Source: an uncultured Candidatus Saccharibacteria bacterium (lineage in GTDB: Bacteria > Patescibacteriota > Minisyncoccia > Phycocordibacterales > UBA9973). Taken from it: 64,000 nucleotides of DNA. Position 1 is the stretch's first letter. The number at the start of each line of letters is the position of its first letter. The stretch spans positions 32,069 through 96,068 of the forward strand of contig CAZWJU010000002.1 of NCBI GenBank assembly GCA_964634365.1, given 5' to 3'. The notes under the pieces are model-generated. The model saw only the letters and a list, made by a program, of their open reading frames with translations. It did not search any database and was not told the DNA's origin. Positions 47,088-56,746 of this stretch are shown here, piece after piece. A program made the translations under genes and the position numbers.

Positions 47088-48359
47088 TTAGTATTCTCTC
47101 ATTGAAAGCTGTGCATCAATTTTTTTGATTATGTCCAAAACAACCGAAACTACGATGAGTAGTGCTGTTCCTCCAATTGCAAGCTGTGTTATACCTGTAA
47201 CTTTCTGAATAACAAATGGAAATACTGCTACTAGACCTAAGAACAAAGCTCCTAGAAATGTTATACGAGTAACTATGTTACCTACATATTCTTCTGTTGC
47301 AGTTCCTGGTCTGATGCCTGGGATAAATGCTCCACCTTTTTGTAAGTTTGTAGCCATAGCATGTGGATCAAAAGTGACAGCCGTGTAAAAGTAAGTAAAC
47401 AAGAATACTAATACAAAGTAAGCAATTCCATACCATAGTGTTCCTCTAGAAAACAACAACATAAAGTCTGAAACTTTCAAAAGAAATCCTGATGTTGAAG
47501 TAGCTAAATAGTTACCTATAAGTTGAGGGAATAAAAGTATTGATAGAGCAAATATTATAGGAATAACTCCAGCTTGGTTTACGCGTAGTGGTATATAAGT
47601 AGAAGCTCCTTGTGTTACAGCATTACCTCTTGATTGTTTTGCATATGTAACAGGAATAGGTCTTTCAGCTTCAGTAATGTATATGACTCCGATAACCATC
47701 AAAATACCAGCTAGTATAAACAGTATATAAAATGGTATTTGAGACGGATCAAAAGAAAACAATATCTGACTGATTTCTGTAGGCACAGATGCTACTATAC
47801 CAGCAAAAATTATAACTGAAACACCATTACCTATACCGAATTCTGTGATAAGCTCACCAATCCACATCAAGAGCATAGACCCTGCAATAATCACAACTAT
47901 GCTAGTTATAAGATCAAATAATCCAAGTGTAGGCAAGACTCCTTGGCGAGCAAGTATTACCAAAAGACTAAAACCTTGTACAGCAGCAAGTGGAACTGTT
48001 AATAGTCTTGAATATTGAGTGAAGCGCTTTCTTCCAATCTCCCCCTCTTCTTGGTACATCTCTTTTAGTCGAGGGATCATCAGAGTAAGAAGTTGCATTA
48101 TTATGGATGCTGTAATATAAGGCCCGACACCAAGCATTATTATAGATAGATTTGAAAGACCTCCTCCAGAGAATATATTTATTATCCCCAAAAATTGGTT
48201 ATTTGCTAGCAAAGAAGCCAAGCGAGATGTATCTATTCCAGGAACTGGAATAGCAGCTAAAACTCTAAAAGCCGCCAGCATTAACACAGTAAACAATATT
48301 CGCTTTCTTAGTTGTTTATCAGTAAATATTTTATGTATTTTTTGCCAGAACTTTGTCAT
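47088..48359 (-). CDS. secY: Preprotein translocase SecY
   Basis: LGVGPYITASIIMQLL, GIGNGVS, AGVIPIIFA, FIPGIRPG, GGTALLIVV. Confidence 0.98.
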   Translation of the reverse strand: MTKFWQKIHKIFTDKQLRKRILFTVLMLAAFRVLAAIPVPGIDTSRLASLLANNQFLGIINIFSGGGLSNLSIIMLGVGPYITASIIMQLLTLMIPRLKEMYQEEGEIGRKRFTQYSRLLTVPLAAVQGFSLLVILARQGVLPTLGLFDLITSIVVIIAGSMLLMWIGELITEFGIGNGVSVIIFAGIVASVPTEISQILFSFDPSQIPFYILFILAGILMVIGVIYITEAERPIPVTYAKQSRGNAVTQGASTYIPLRVNQAGVIPIIFALSILLFPQLIGNYLATSTSGFLLKVSDFMLLFSRGTLWYGIAYFVLVFLFTYFYTAVTFDPHAMATNLQKGGAFIPGIRPGTATEEYVGNIVTRITFLGALFLGLVAVFPFVIQKVTGITQLAIGGTALLIVVSVVLDIIKKIDAQLSMREY

Positions 48360-48364
48360 ATTTT

Positions 48365-48808
48365 TTATTTGCGGATCTCTCCTCCAGTTGCAGCTATCTT
48401 AGATTTTGCTGACTCTGAAACTAGTATTTTAGAAAAGATTATTTTCTTAGTTATTTCACCTGTACCTAATAGTTTAACTTTTGGTGTAACACCACGAATG
48501 CGTTTTACAAGTTTCTTTTCAAGCAGTATAGCTGGCGTAACAATATCTCCTGCTTTGAAATTTGCCTCGATCGCAGATAGATTTACAACTGCTGGTTTAA
48601 GCTCGAAACTAACGAAACTGTTCTTGCCACGACCACGAAGTTTAGGAAGTTTTTTTATGATATCTCGAATATGAGGGCGTCTTTTATTACCTGCGCGTGC
48701 TTTCTGACCCTTTGTTCCGCGTCCAGAAGTTTTACCACGAGTACCACCACGGCCAACTTGAGCGCTTTTCTTGTTTGGTGTATTTCTTTTTAGTTTGTGT
48801 ATTTGCAT
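48365..48808 (-). CDS. rplO: 50S ribosomal protein L15
   Basis: GRGGTRGKTSGRGTKGQKAR. Confidence 0.95.
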   Translation of the reverse strand: MQIHKLKRNTPNKKSAQVGRGGTRGKTSGRGTKGQKARAGNKRRPHIRDIIKKLPKLRGRGKNSFVSFELKPAVVNLSAIEANFKAGDIVTPAILLEKKLVKRIRGVTPKVKLLGTGEITKKIIFSKILVSESAKSKIAATGGEIRK

Positions 48809-48819
48809 AAAGTTTTAAA

Positions 48820-49461
48820 TTATTGCTGTACGTATGATTGAACTTCTTCTACAGGAGCAACACGTTTCTTTGTAGCAATAAGTGACAAAGCTTTTAAAGT
48901 AGCTTGCGCGTTGTTTAATCTATTTTTACTTCCTGAATGAATTTTACCTGTAACATTCTTTAGGCCAGCTAATATTACGATATCACGAACAGTACTACCT
49001 GCAACTATTCCGTGTCTTTTGTTTGGAGAAACCTTAATTCTTGAACTTGCAAATTTAGCTTCAACTTCATGAGGGATAGACATTTCTTTAGTTGTCTTGA
49101 TTGTGATCATGTTCTTTCTAGCATTCTTTAGAGCTTTAGATATAGCAAGTGCTGTATCTGTAGCCTTTCCTGTACCAAAGCCCACTGAGCCTTTTTTGTC
49201 TCCTATAACCATAGCTACAGAAAAACTCATACGACGCCCTCCTGCTACCACACGAGTAACACGACGAATATCAATAATCTTTTGATCAAATTCTGGTTTT
49301 GGTCTAGAAAAACCTCCACTTCTTCCACCAGAGCGATTACCTCCGCGACCTCTTGGTGCTCCACGAGATCCGCCTTCCCTTTTTTGAGGAACAACAGCTT
49401 CTTTGACAGATTCTGTTGTTACAACTTCAGGTGTTATGTTTTTGTTATCTTCTGTATCCAT
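48820..49461 (-). CDS. rpsE: 30S ribosomal protein S5
   Basis: IRRVTRVVAGGRRMSF; no rpmD follows. Confidence 0.96.
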   Translation of the reverse strand: MDTEDNKNITPEVVTTESVKEAVVPQKREGGSRGAPRGRGGNRSGGRSGGFSRPKPEFDQKIIDIRRVTRVVAGGRRMSFSVAMVIGDKKGSVGFGTGKATDTALAISKALKNARKNMITIKTTKEMSIPHEVEAKFASSRIKVSPNKRHGIVAGSTVRDIVILAGLKNVTGKIHSGSKNRLNNAQATLKALSLIATKKRVAPVEEVQSYVQQ

Positions 49462-49470
49462 ATAATTAGT

Positions 49471-49821
49471 TTAAAAAATTAATCCTCCTTCTCGAGCTTT
49501 ATCAGCAAGAAGTTTTACGCGCCCAGTATATTTAAATCCATTTCTATCAAAAACAACAGTTTTTATACCCTTTTCGATAGCGATTTTAGCAATCTCTTTT
49601 CCAACATTTATTGCTCTTTCGTTCTTTGTACCCTTTTCTATTTTTACATCAGAAAAAGAAGCTAGAGTTGTGCCTTTTGTATCATCAATAAGCTGCGCAT
49701 AGATAAACTTGTTTGAACGAAAAACCGACAAGCGTGGACGTTCTGCTGTACCACTTATCTTGATTTTGATCTTTCGCTTTATGCGATTTCTCTTTTCTGT
49801 TTTTTTGTTTACTGTTTTCAT
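49471..49821 (-). CDS. rplR: 50S ribosomal protein L18
   Basis: [24 protein letters not shown]. Confidence 0.96.
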   Translation of the reverse strand: MKTVNKKTEKRNRIKRKIKIKISGTAERPRLSVFRSNKFIYAQLIDDTKGTTLASFSDVKIEKGTKNERAINVGKEIAKIAIEKGIKTVVFDRNGFKYTGRVKLLADKAREGGLIF

Positions 49822-49826
49822 ATATT

Positions 49827-50360
49827 TTATGCAGATTTCTTACCTTGTTTTCGGCGAATAGTTTCTGTGTCATAGCGGAATCCTTTACCCTTATATGGTT
49901 CAGGTTTTTTCATCATGCGAATTTTAGCTGTAAATTGACCTACGAGCTCTTTGTCTATTCCAGATACAGTAATAACATTTTTTTCAGCAGTAATAGTGAG
50001 ACCTGTTGGTATTGGAACAACTACAGGATGAGAGAATCCTAGTGCTAGGTTTAGATTTTGACCAGATACTTCTGATTTAAATCCAACTCCTTCCAGGATC
50101 AATTTCTTTGAAAACATTTCTGTCACACCAATAATCATATTCTCAACATGAGAAGCATATGTTCCCCATAATGCTCTACTGAATACCGTATCTTTTCTTG
50201 GAGAAAAAGTTATTACTCCGTCTTCGATCTTTATTTCTATATCATCTCTGAAATTTTTTGTGATAGTTCCTTTTGGACCTGTAACTGTGCAAAGACCATC
50301 AACGCAATTGACTGTTACTCCAGATACGATTTTAAGTTGTTTTTTTCCTACGCGTGACAT
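49827..50360 (-). CDS. rplF: 50S ribosomal protein L6
   Basis: MSRVGK start at 50360, [14 protein letters not shown]. Confidence 0.96.
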   Translation of the reverse strand: MSRVGKKQLKIVSGVTVNCVDGLCTVTGPKGTITKNFRDDIEIKIEDGVITFSPRKDTVFSRALWGTYASHVENMIIGVTEMFSKKLILEGVGFKSEVSGQNLNLALGFSHPVVVPIPTGLTITAEKNVITVSGIDKELVGQFTAKIRMMKKPEPYKGKGFRYDTETIRRKQGKKSA

Positions 50361-50373
50361 AAATCTTTTGTTA

Positions 50374-50760
50374 TTACCACATTTTAAATAACACTTCTCC
50401 TCCGACCAATTGTTTCTTTGCATTTACTCCAGACAATATACCTTTTGGAGTTGATAGAACAACGATTCCAAAACCATTCTTTATTGGTCTGATATCTTTT
50501 GATCCCATATACATTCTGCGAGAAGGCTTTGAAATTCTAGAAACATCACTTATACGAGGAGAACCATCTCTGTAAGAAAGCTCTATTTCAAGAGTTGGGT
50601 GAGTTTTCTCAGTCTTCTTTGTAACTGATTTTATATACCCTTCATTAACCAAGCATTCTAAAATTGCTAGTTTTATTTGTGAAAAAGGAACACTAACACT
50701 CTCGTGCTCTGCACGATTAGCATTCTTTAACTTTATTAACATGTCTGCGATTGGATCCAT
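50374..50760 (-). CDS. rpsH: 30S ribosomal protein S8
   Basis: DPIADML, ISKPSRR, STPKG, GGE. Confidence 0.96.
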   Translation of the reverse strand: MDPIADMLIKLKNANRAEHESVSVPFSQIKLAILECLVNEGYIKSVTKKTEKTHPTLEIELSYRDGSPRISDVSRISKPSRRMYMGSKDIRPIKNGFGIVVLSTPKGILSGVNAKKQLVGGEVLFKMW

Positions 50761-50786
50761 AGTGATTTTATTATTGAATTACTCTT

Positions 50787-50972
50787 CTACCAGCTAGATT
50801 TGCGGATACCTGGAATTTTACCTTCATTTGCAAGCTCTCTAAAGCAAATACGACAAACTCCGAAATCACCCATAAAACCTCTTGTACGACCACAACGAAA
50901 ACATCGATTTACTTTTCGAGTACTAAATTTTGGTTTTCTATTTGAGCGTGCGACTGTTGATTTTTTAGCCAT
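50787..50972 (-). CDS. rpsZ: 30S ribosomal protein S14, zinc-binding type Z
   Basis: RCFRCGR...CRICFRE...PGIRKSSW. Confidence 0.95.
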   Translation of the reverse strand: MAKKSTVARSNRKPKFSTRKVNRCFRCGRTRGFMGDFGVCRICFRELANEGKIPGIRKSSW

Positions 50973-51086
50973 ATATATAAAAGCCTTAAATATAAGGGAA
51001 TATCTCGTGTCTTTTCTTAAATCAGCTCAAAAATGAGCAAACTCAAGGAGAAACACGGATTCACCAAATATCTATGGGCTTCGCCT

Positions 51087-51115
51087 ATACTAGCAAAATA
51101 AAGATTTTGTGTCAA
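51087..51115 (-). promoter_or_regulatory. Internal promoter for rpsZ-secY segment
   Basis: TTGACA-N17-TAGTAT with TG extension. Confidence 0.7.
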
Positions 51116-51164
51116 ATAATATAAAATCCCACACGCTTTATGTAGGATTTTATATATTTTATAT

Positions 51165-51542
51165 TTATGCAGAAGCTAGATCTTTCTTTAGATCTTCGAT
51201 TTTGCCTTGCGTTACAGCATCATCAACCTCTTTAACTTGTGCCTCAAGAGCATTCATTTCTTCTTCAAAGAATTTAACGCTATTGTCTAAATCCTTTTCT
51301 ACTTCATCTATATCAGCCTCAGCCTTAGAAACAATTGATGCAACTTCAGGATTTTTTGGATCAGCGACTATTCCCGCCTCGGCAAAAGACTTATCGAGTT
51401 CACTATCAATTAACGCTTGAACCTCGTCGAGTACTGCCGGAGTAATAGCTCTTGATGTTAGCAGAGAGATTGCTTTTGCCTTTTGTTCTGGTGGAAGAAC
51501 ATCAGAATTTTTTATTTCATTTATATAATCATCTAGTGTCAT
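51165..51542 (-). CDS. Acidic coiled-coil orphan protein inserted in spc operon
   Basis: 125-aa helical ORF. Confidence 0.7.
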   Translation of the reverse strand: MTLDDYINEIKNSDVLPPEQKAKAISLLTSRAITPAVLDEVQALIDSELDKSFAEAGIVADPKNPEVASIVSKAEADIDEVEKDLDNSVKFFEEEMNALEAQVKEVDDAVTQGKIEDLKKDLASA

Positions 51543-51544
51543 AA

Positions 51545-52570
51545 TTATATAGCTACTTGTGAATTATTTGTTACTACGACTTTGCTTAGACCCTCTCTCA
51601 AAGAAACAAGTTTCTCAGCTTTTTCTTTTATTGCATTTAGTCTAGCCTGCTTAGCTTCTTCGAGGTTTCCTGCAACCATCGAATCTTTAGCAATTTCTTT
51701 GTCTAACTCTCTCATTTTGTAAGCTATAATCTCGTCTTTTAGTCTCATTTTTATTCTGTTAACTTCAGCGCTAGCAAAATTGCCTGCCTCAGTCATAAAA
51801 TTATTAAGTCTTCTAAACTGATTGAATATACTGTCCTGCATTCTCTCAAGCCCTTCTTTTGTTCTTTCTGCTTTATAAGCGGCAACTGAAGCTATCAAAA
51901 CAGCTTTCTCTTCTGTAAATCTCTTTGTTGCTTTTGCTTTTTCAGCAATCCAATTACCTAAACCAACTACACCACCCTCTATTTTATCAAAAGCTTTATC
52001 ATACATATTGTCTACAAAACCAATACCTTTATCTAGCTTATTTGATCCAGCAGTTAGCCCAGCTTCTATAATCTTGTCTGTAGACAAAACAGCAATGGAA
52101 ATATTTTTTGGTATTTCATATCCAAAATCTTTTATTTTTCTAAAGAAATTACCTAATTTGCTACCCACACTTGAAATACGAGTTTTTGCATTTTCTTTTA
52201 TACCGGAAATTTTCTGACTTATTATTTCATATCTTTTTTCGCCAACTGAAAGAATACTTTCTGTTTTATCTGTCGGCATAGTAGCAGATTCTAGGGCTGC
52301 ACTCGGTATTGGATTTTCTATATTTAAAGGTTCTTGAGCTTGTGTATACGCTTCTATATTTTTTGGTGACTCTTCTTCAGCCTTATTTTCGCTGATACTA
52401 GAAATGCGTTTATTTATATTTTCTAGATTTTGCTTTGCAATTAAAAGTTCGGACTCTTTTTGAGCAACTGCTTGTTCTGCGGCTGACTTCTCAGCCAAAA
52501 GAGCTTGTAGTTCAATAGGGCTAATATTTTCGTTTGTATCAACTGAATTAATATCCATATTTATATTCAT
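51545..52570 (-). CDS. Amphipathic-helix/coiled-coil orphan protein inserted in spc operon
   Basis: 341-aa Lys/Glu/Ala-rich ORF; -10 box 7 nt upstream of ATG 52570. Confidence 0.7.
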   Translation of the reverse strand: MNINMDINSVDTNENISPIELQALLAEKSAAEQAVAQKESELLIAKQNLENINKRISSISENKAEEESPKNIEAYTQAQEPLNIENPIPSAALESATMPTDKTESILSVGEKRYEIISQKISGIKENAKTRISSVGSKLGNFFRKIKDFGYEIPKNISIAVLSTDKIIEAGLTAGSNKLDKGIGFVDNMYDKAFDKIEGGVVGLGNWIAEKAKATKRFTEEKAVLIASVAAYKAERTKEGLERMQDSIFNQFRRLNNFMTEAGNFASAEVNRIKMRLKDEIIAYKMRELDKEIAKDSMVAGNLEEAKQARLNAIKEKAEKLVSLREGLSKVVVTNNSQVAI

Positions 52571-52609
52571 AAGCAATATTGTATACCGTTTATGATATAA
52601 AACAAAATA

Positions 52610-52636
52610 GAAAAAATCCCCAGAGGGGATTTTTTC
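52610..52636 (-). terminator. Terminator after rplE
   Basis: GAAAAAATCCCC-aga-GGGGATTTTTTC. Confidence 0.78.
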
Positions 52637-52649
52637 TTTCAAAATGTTT

Positions 52650-53189
52650 TTATTTCTTAAATGGAAAACCTAGGAGTGTAAAGAATTCTAGTGCTTCTTC
52701 TTTTGTTTTTGCACTTGTTACTATTGTAACAGCGAGACCAAAAACATCTTTTAGCTCTTCGTCCCCTGTTTCTGGGAAAATAGTGTGTTCACGTATTGGC
52801 AGAGTTAGATTTCCAATGCTGTCTACAATCTTTGTATCAACACCTCGAAAGTCTTTCATACGAGGAATAGCAACGTTTGTAAGCTTATCTAAAAATCCAT
52901 ACATGCGAGCTCCGCGTAGAGTAACCATAACTCCAACTGGATCACCTTGTCTAACTTTAAAACTAGCAATAGATTTCTTTGCGCTCTTTGTTGCAGGCTT
53001 TTGACCTGTGATCTTTGCAAGACGTCCGATTATAAATTCGTTACGATTTTTATCTTTTTTAATTCCACTACCTGTACCAGACGCAACTATAACTTTCAAT
53101 AGACGAGGTGATGCAAGGCGGTTTTTGTAACCACGCTTAGCTTTCATAATCTCGTATGCTTTTTCTTCTTTTATCTTTATTGGTTCCAT
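52650..53189 (-). CDS. rplE: 50S ribosomal protein L5
   Basis: ITGQKP, SIASFKVRQG, VTLRG, IPRMKDFRG. Confidence 0.97.
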   Translation of the reverse strand: MEPIKIKEEKAYEIMKAKRGYKNRLASPRLLKVIVASGTGSGIKKDKNRNEFIIGRLAKITGQKPATKSAKKSIASFKVRQGDPVGVMVTLRGARMYGFLDKLTNVAIPRMKDFRGVDTKIVDSIGNLTLPIREHTIFPETGDEELKDVFGLAVTIVTSAKTKEEALEFFTLLGFPFKK

Positions 53190-53191
53190 AA

Positions 53192-53443
53192 TTATTTTTT
53201 AGCTTTTTTAGGTTTTGCTACTGCATCACTCTTAAGCTTAACATTTGATGCATGTATTGGTAGAGAAATTTCGACTACTTGCCCTTTTGCACCTCTTGCA
53301 CGACTGCGGATATGTTTTTTCTTTTTGTTTATACCATCAACAACAACCTTGTTTTCACTAGGAATAACCTTCAAAACAGACCCGTTTTTGCCTTTGTCTT
53401 TACCTGTTAACACTATTACATTGTCTCCTTTCTTGATTTTCAT
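53192..53443 (-). CDS. rplX: 50S ribosomal protein L24
   Basis: KIKKGDNVIVLTGKDKGK, PIHASNV. Confidence 0.96.
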   Translation of the reverse strand: MKIKKGDNVIVLTGKDKGKNGSVLKVIPSENKVVVDGINKKKKHIRSRARGAKGQVVEISLPIHASNVKLKSDAVAKPKKAKK

Positions 53444-53468
53444 AATTTTTTTTATTAAAAGATTCTTT

Positions 53469-53840
53469 TTATAGAACCTCTGGAGCTAGAGATATTATCT
53501 TCTGATAACCTCTCTCAGCCAATTCACGAGGTATTGGGCCGAATATACGCCCTGCTTTTGGTTCAAGCTTACCTTTTTCAAGGATTACAACTGCATTATC
53601 ATCAAATCTTATATATGAACCATCCTTTCTTCGAAATGCGTTAGTTGTACGCACTACTACAGCCTGGTGAACATCCTTTTTCTTTACAGCTTTGCGAGGT
53701 TCTGCGATTTTAACTGAGATAATCACAACATCCCCTATGCGAGCATAGCGTCTGTGTGAAGCACCGAGTACTTTGAAAATCTTCCCGATCTTTCCTCCGG
53801 CATTGTCTGTTATTTTTACAACTGATCCATCTTGAAGCAT
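53469..53840 (-). CDS. rplN: 50S ribosomal protein L14
   Basis: DNAG, DGSYIRFDDNA, RIFGPIPREL, SLAPEVL. Confidence 0.97.
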   Translation of the reverse strand: MLQDGSVVKITDNAGGKIGKIFKVLGASHRRYARIGDVVIISVKIAEPRKAVKKKDVHQAVVVRTTNAFRRKDGSYIRFDDNAVVILEKGKLEPKAGRIFGPIPRELAERGYQKIISLAPEVL

Positions 53841-53866
53841 AAAATTATTTTAAAAAATTAAGGTTA

Positions 53867-54112
53867 TTATTTGATGATTTTAAAATGCTTATCCTTTGAA
53901 ATAGGAGAACATTCTTCAATCATTACTGTTGATCCGACCACAGCACTATTGTCTTCATCGTGTGCTTTATATTTTTTTGAAACTTTAATGTATTTCTGAT
54001 ATTTAGGGTGCTTATTGAAATTTGACACTGAAACAACCGCAGTTTTGTCCATTTTGTTTGATACAACTACGCCACTCAAAACCTTATTCTTTTTTTTGAT
54101 TTCTGTTTTCAT
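53867..54112 (-). CDS. rpsQ: 30S ribosomal protein S17
   Basis: [26 protein letters not shown]. Confidence 0.96.
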   Translation of the reverse strand: MKTEIKKKNKVLSGVVVSNKMDKTAVVSVSNFNKHPKYQKYIKVSKKYKAHDEDNSAVVGSTVMIEECSPISKDKHFKIIK

Positions 54113-54117
54113 ATGGT

Positions 54118-54300
54118 TTATGACTTACGCAAGCGTAATTCTGTTAAAATACGTGCGATTTTTCTTCTTGTATTGCGACCTGCGCGAACATCTTTTGTCT
54201 TTGCGCCAGAAAGATTGAAATTGAAACTTGAAAGAGTCTCACGAGCATCTACGAGTTCTTTTTCAATATCTTCTGTTTTTATATCTTTCATCTTTTTCAT
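54118..54300 (-). CDS. rpmC: 50S ribosomal protein L29
   Basis: RRKIARILT; synteny. Confidence 0.9.
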   Translation of the reverse strand: MKKMKDIKTEDIEKELVDARETLSSFNFNLSGAKTKDVRAGRNTRRKIARILTELRLRKS

Positions 54301-54305
54301 AAATT

Positions 54306-54728
54306 TTACAATTCGCGACTTACTACCTTAGTCTTCATAGGAAGCTTTGTTCCAGCCTTACGTAATGCTTCACGAGCAATTTTCTCATCAACACCGTCGA
54401 CTTCGAAAATAACACGTCCTGGTCTAACTTCAAAGCAGTATCCTTGCAAATCTCCCTTTCCTTTTCCCATACCCACTTCTGGTGGTTTTGCTGTTACAGG
54501 ACGATCAGGAAATATTCGGATCCATACACGACCAGTCTTACCAAGTGCACGAGTCATTGCCTTACGAGCAGATTCGATTTGGTTTGACATAACACGAGCA
54601 CTGCTTGTTGCCTTGATTCCATAAGAACCGAAGGACACAGAAGTACCTCTCGTATCACTTCCGAGCTTTGAGATATCTTTACGTGCACGTTGCCATTTTC
54701 GATGTTTTACTTTCTTTGGGACTAACAT
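54306..54728 (-). CDS. rplP: 50S ribosomal protein L16
   Basis: MLVPKKVKHRK, WIRIFPD, MGKGKG. Confidence 0.97.
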   Translation of the reverse strand: MLVPKKVKHRKWQRARKDISKLGSDTRGTSVSFGSYGIKATSSARVMSNQIESARKAMTRALGKTGRVWIRIFPDRPVTAKPPEVGMGKGKGDLQGYCFEVRPGRVIFEVDGVDEKIAREALRKAGTKLPMKTKVVSREL

Positions 54729-54743
54729 AAATTTAAATTAAAA

Positions 54744-55409
54744 TTATTTCTTATCTTTTTGAAAAACTTGTCCGCGATAAATCCAAACCTTAATACCGAC
54801 ATCTCCATAAGGTAGATGTGCTTTTTCGCGCGCAAAATCAATATCAGCTCTGAAAGTTTGTAGTGGGATTGAACCACGCTTTATTTCTTCACTTCTAGCA
54901 ATTTCTGCTCCTCCTAATCTTCCCCCCACAACTATACGTGCTCCTTCAACACCTCTTACAGACATAACTTTTTCAATTGTCTGTTTCAATACACGTCTGT
55001 AAGGAAGTCTTTTTTCTAGACCTTCCGCAATCATATAAGCAACGATGGTTGCGTCTGCTTCTGGTTGAGCAACTTCAACTATATCAATCTTTATCTCTTC
55101 AGATGGTTTAATTCCTAGTTTGTTTATCTCTTTAATTATGTCTGCTTTTAGTTTTATTGAACCCTCTCCGTTTCTACCAATAAGCACACCAGGTCTAGAT
55201 GTTCGGATTATTATACGAAAAGCTTTTTGATTTCTCTCAACTTCGATAGATGAAACATAAGAACCGCGAAGTCTCTTTTCTAGGTATTCACGTATTAAAA
55301 CATCAACACGCAAGAAGTCTACATATTTCTTACCACTAGCAAACCAGCGAGATTTCCAATCTCTGAGTATTACTAGGCGATGTGCATATGGGTGGACAAT
55401 TTTTGACAT
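54744..55409 (-). CDS. rpsC: 30S ribosomal protein S3
   Basis: WKSRWFA, RPGVLIG, GRLGGAEIAR, PLQTFRADID. Confidence 0.97.
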   Translation of the reverse strand: MSKIVHPYAHRLVILRDWKSRWFASGKKYVDFLRVDVLIREYLEKRLRGSYVSSIEVERNQKAFRIIIRTSRPGVLIGRNGEGSIKLKADIIKEINKLGIKPSEEIKIDIVEVAQPEADATIVAYMIAEGLEKRLPYRRVLKQTIEKVMSVRGVEGARIVVGGRLGGAEIARSEEIKRGSIPLQTFRADIDFAREKAHLPYGDVGIKVWIYRGQVFQKDKK

Positions 55410-55428
55410 AAATTATTATTTAAAAATA

Positions 55429-55830
55429 TTATTCAGTTACTTTTTTAGTCTTTTTTGATACTGCTTTCTTGACTACTGAAGTCTTAGCTTTCTTTACTTT
55501 CTCTGCCTTTTCAGATAATACAAGCAAAACGTGACTTGATCTCTTGTTTATACGAGAAGCAGAACCACGTGCACGAGGCATGAAGCGCTTCATAGTCACT
55601 CCTTTGTCTACTCTAATATCTGAAACTACAAGGTTTTCTTTTTTTATACCAGAATTCTGTGTTGCGTTTGCAATAGCTGAGCGCAATAAAACCAAAATTG
55701 GTGTTGCTGCGCGTTTAGGCAAAAAAGACAAAGCTAGTTCAGCATCTCCTACTTTTTTACCTTTAATCAAATCCGCAACTAGGCGAACCTTTCTAGGTGA
55801 TTGTCTGTAATTTGGGATTGAAGCCTTCAT
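55429..55830 (-). CDS. rplV: 50S ribosomal protein L22
   Basis: SPRKVRLVADLI, PRARG, KRSSH. Confidence 0.97.
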   Translation of the reverse strand: MKASIPNYRQSPRKVRLVADLIKGKKVGDAELALSFLPKRAATPILVLLRSAIANATQNSGIKKENLVVSDIRVDKGVTMKRFMPRARGSASRINKRSSHVLLVLSEKAEKVKKAKTSVVKKAVSKKTKKVTE

Positions 55831-55832
55831 AA

Positions 55833-56183
55833 TTATTTCTTAGTTGCTTTACTGTCTGAAGTAGCCTTTGCAGCTTTAGCCTGAGCGATTTCTGTCTCTT
55901 TTTGTTTCGCCTCAAGTTCCTTTTGCATCTTACCTCCGTGTCTAATAAACTTTCGAGTTGGAGAAAATTCACCTAATCTGTGACCAACCATATCTTCTGT
56001 AACGAGTACTTCTATGTGACTTTTACCATTATGTACACCAAAATTAAATCCAACCATCTCTGGAGATATCTGAGAAGCTCGTGACCAAGTCTTAATAACC
56101 CCTGTAGAAATAGGGTTTTTGCCCTCAATCTTCTTGAGGAGTCTTTCATCAACGTATGGTCCTTTTTTAAGTGATCGTGTCAT
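55833..56183 (-). CDS. rpsS: 30S ribosomal protein S19 (C-terminal extension)
   Basis: [24 protein letters not shown]. Confidence 0.97.
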   Translation of the reverse strand: MTRSLKKGPYVDERLLKKIEGKNPISTGVIKTWSRASQISPEMVGFNFGVHNGKSHIEVLVTEDMVGHRLGEFSPTRKFIRHGGKMQKELEAKQKETEIAQAKAAKATSDSKATKK

Positions 56184-56298
56184 GTGTTAGTAAAGAGTGA
56201 TTAGGCATAAAGGAATATGACACAGGTGTTTCCTGTTAACTATTCGCTTATTGCTACCCACTGTTCAATTAAAATAGCTCTCTAGGAGCGTTGAAACT

Positions 56299-56326
56299 AT
56301 ACTAGCAAATACGCCAAAAATGTCAA
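56299..56326 (-). promoter_or_regulatory. Internal promoter for rpsS-rplE segment
   Basis: TTGACA-N16-TAGTAT with TG extension. Confidence 0.65.
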
Positions 56327-56372
56327 ATTTTACATATTAAAATCCCCGAATTTGGGGATTTTACAAGTTTAT

Positions 56373-56684
56373 TTAAATGAATTTTGCAAGATTGCTTATA
56401 TCTCCATCGAGATTTGGCAATAATTGTTCTTTGGAACTACTGTTGAAAAATAAGAAATTTGCACCTTTTTTGTTGGCCCAGGCCATCATATTTCTCACTT
56501 TATGCTCCAAATAAAGCAAGGGTTCATTGATGAAAATTATTATTTCGTCTTGATTTAAGTCACTATGACTCATGTTTTCTTCAAGATTCAACACTGCTAC
56601 AGAATGACCTTTTTGAATCAAATTCTCCTTGATTCTCTGAGTTACTTTTGACTCAACTTGTACCGGAACTAAGATTATCTTCAT
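56373..56684 (-). CDS. Orphan protein inserted between rplB and rpsS
   Basis: 103-aa alpha/beta-like ORF between hairpins 56338-56363 and 56713-56747. Confidence 0.55.
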   Translation of the reverse strand: MKIILVPVQVESKVTQRIKENLIQKGHSVAVLNLEENMSHSDLNQDEIIIFINEPLLYLEHKVRNMMAWANKKGANFLFFNSSSKEQLLPNLDGDISNLAKFI

Positions 56685-56746
56685 TTCGTTTAATTTTGCC
56701 TCAATCTAACACAAAACAAAATCCGGGGCAAACCCGGATTTTGTTT

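Noticed and set aside
48808-48820. Missing rpmD (L30) as a novelty
   Set aside because: Established CPR trait; used only for taxonomy
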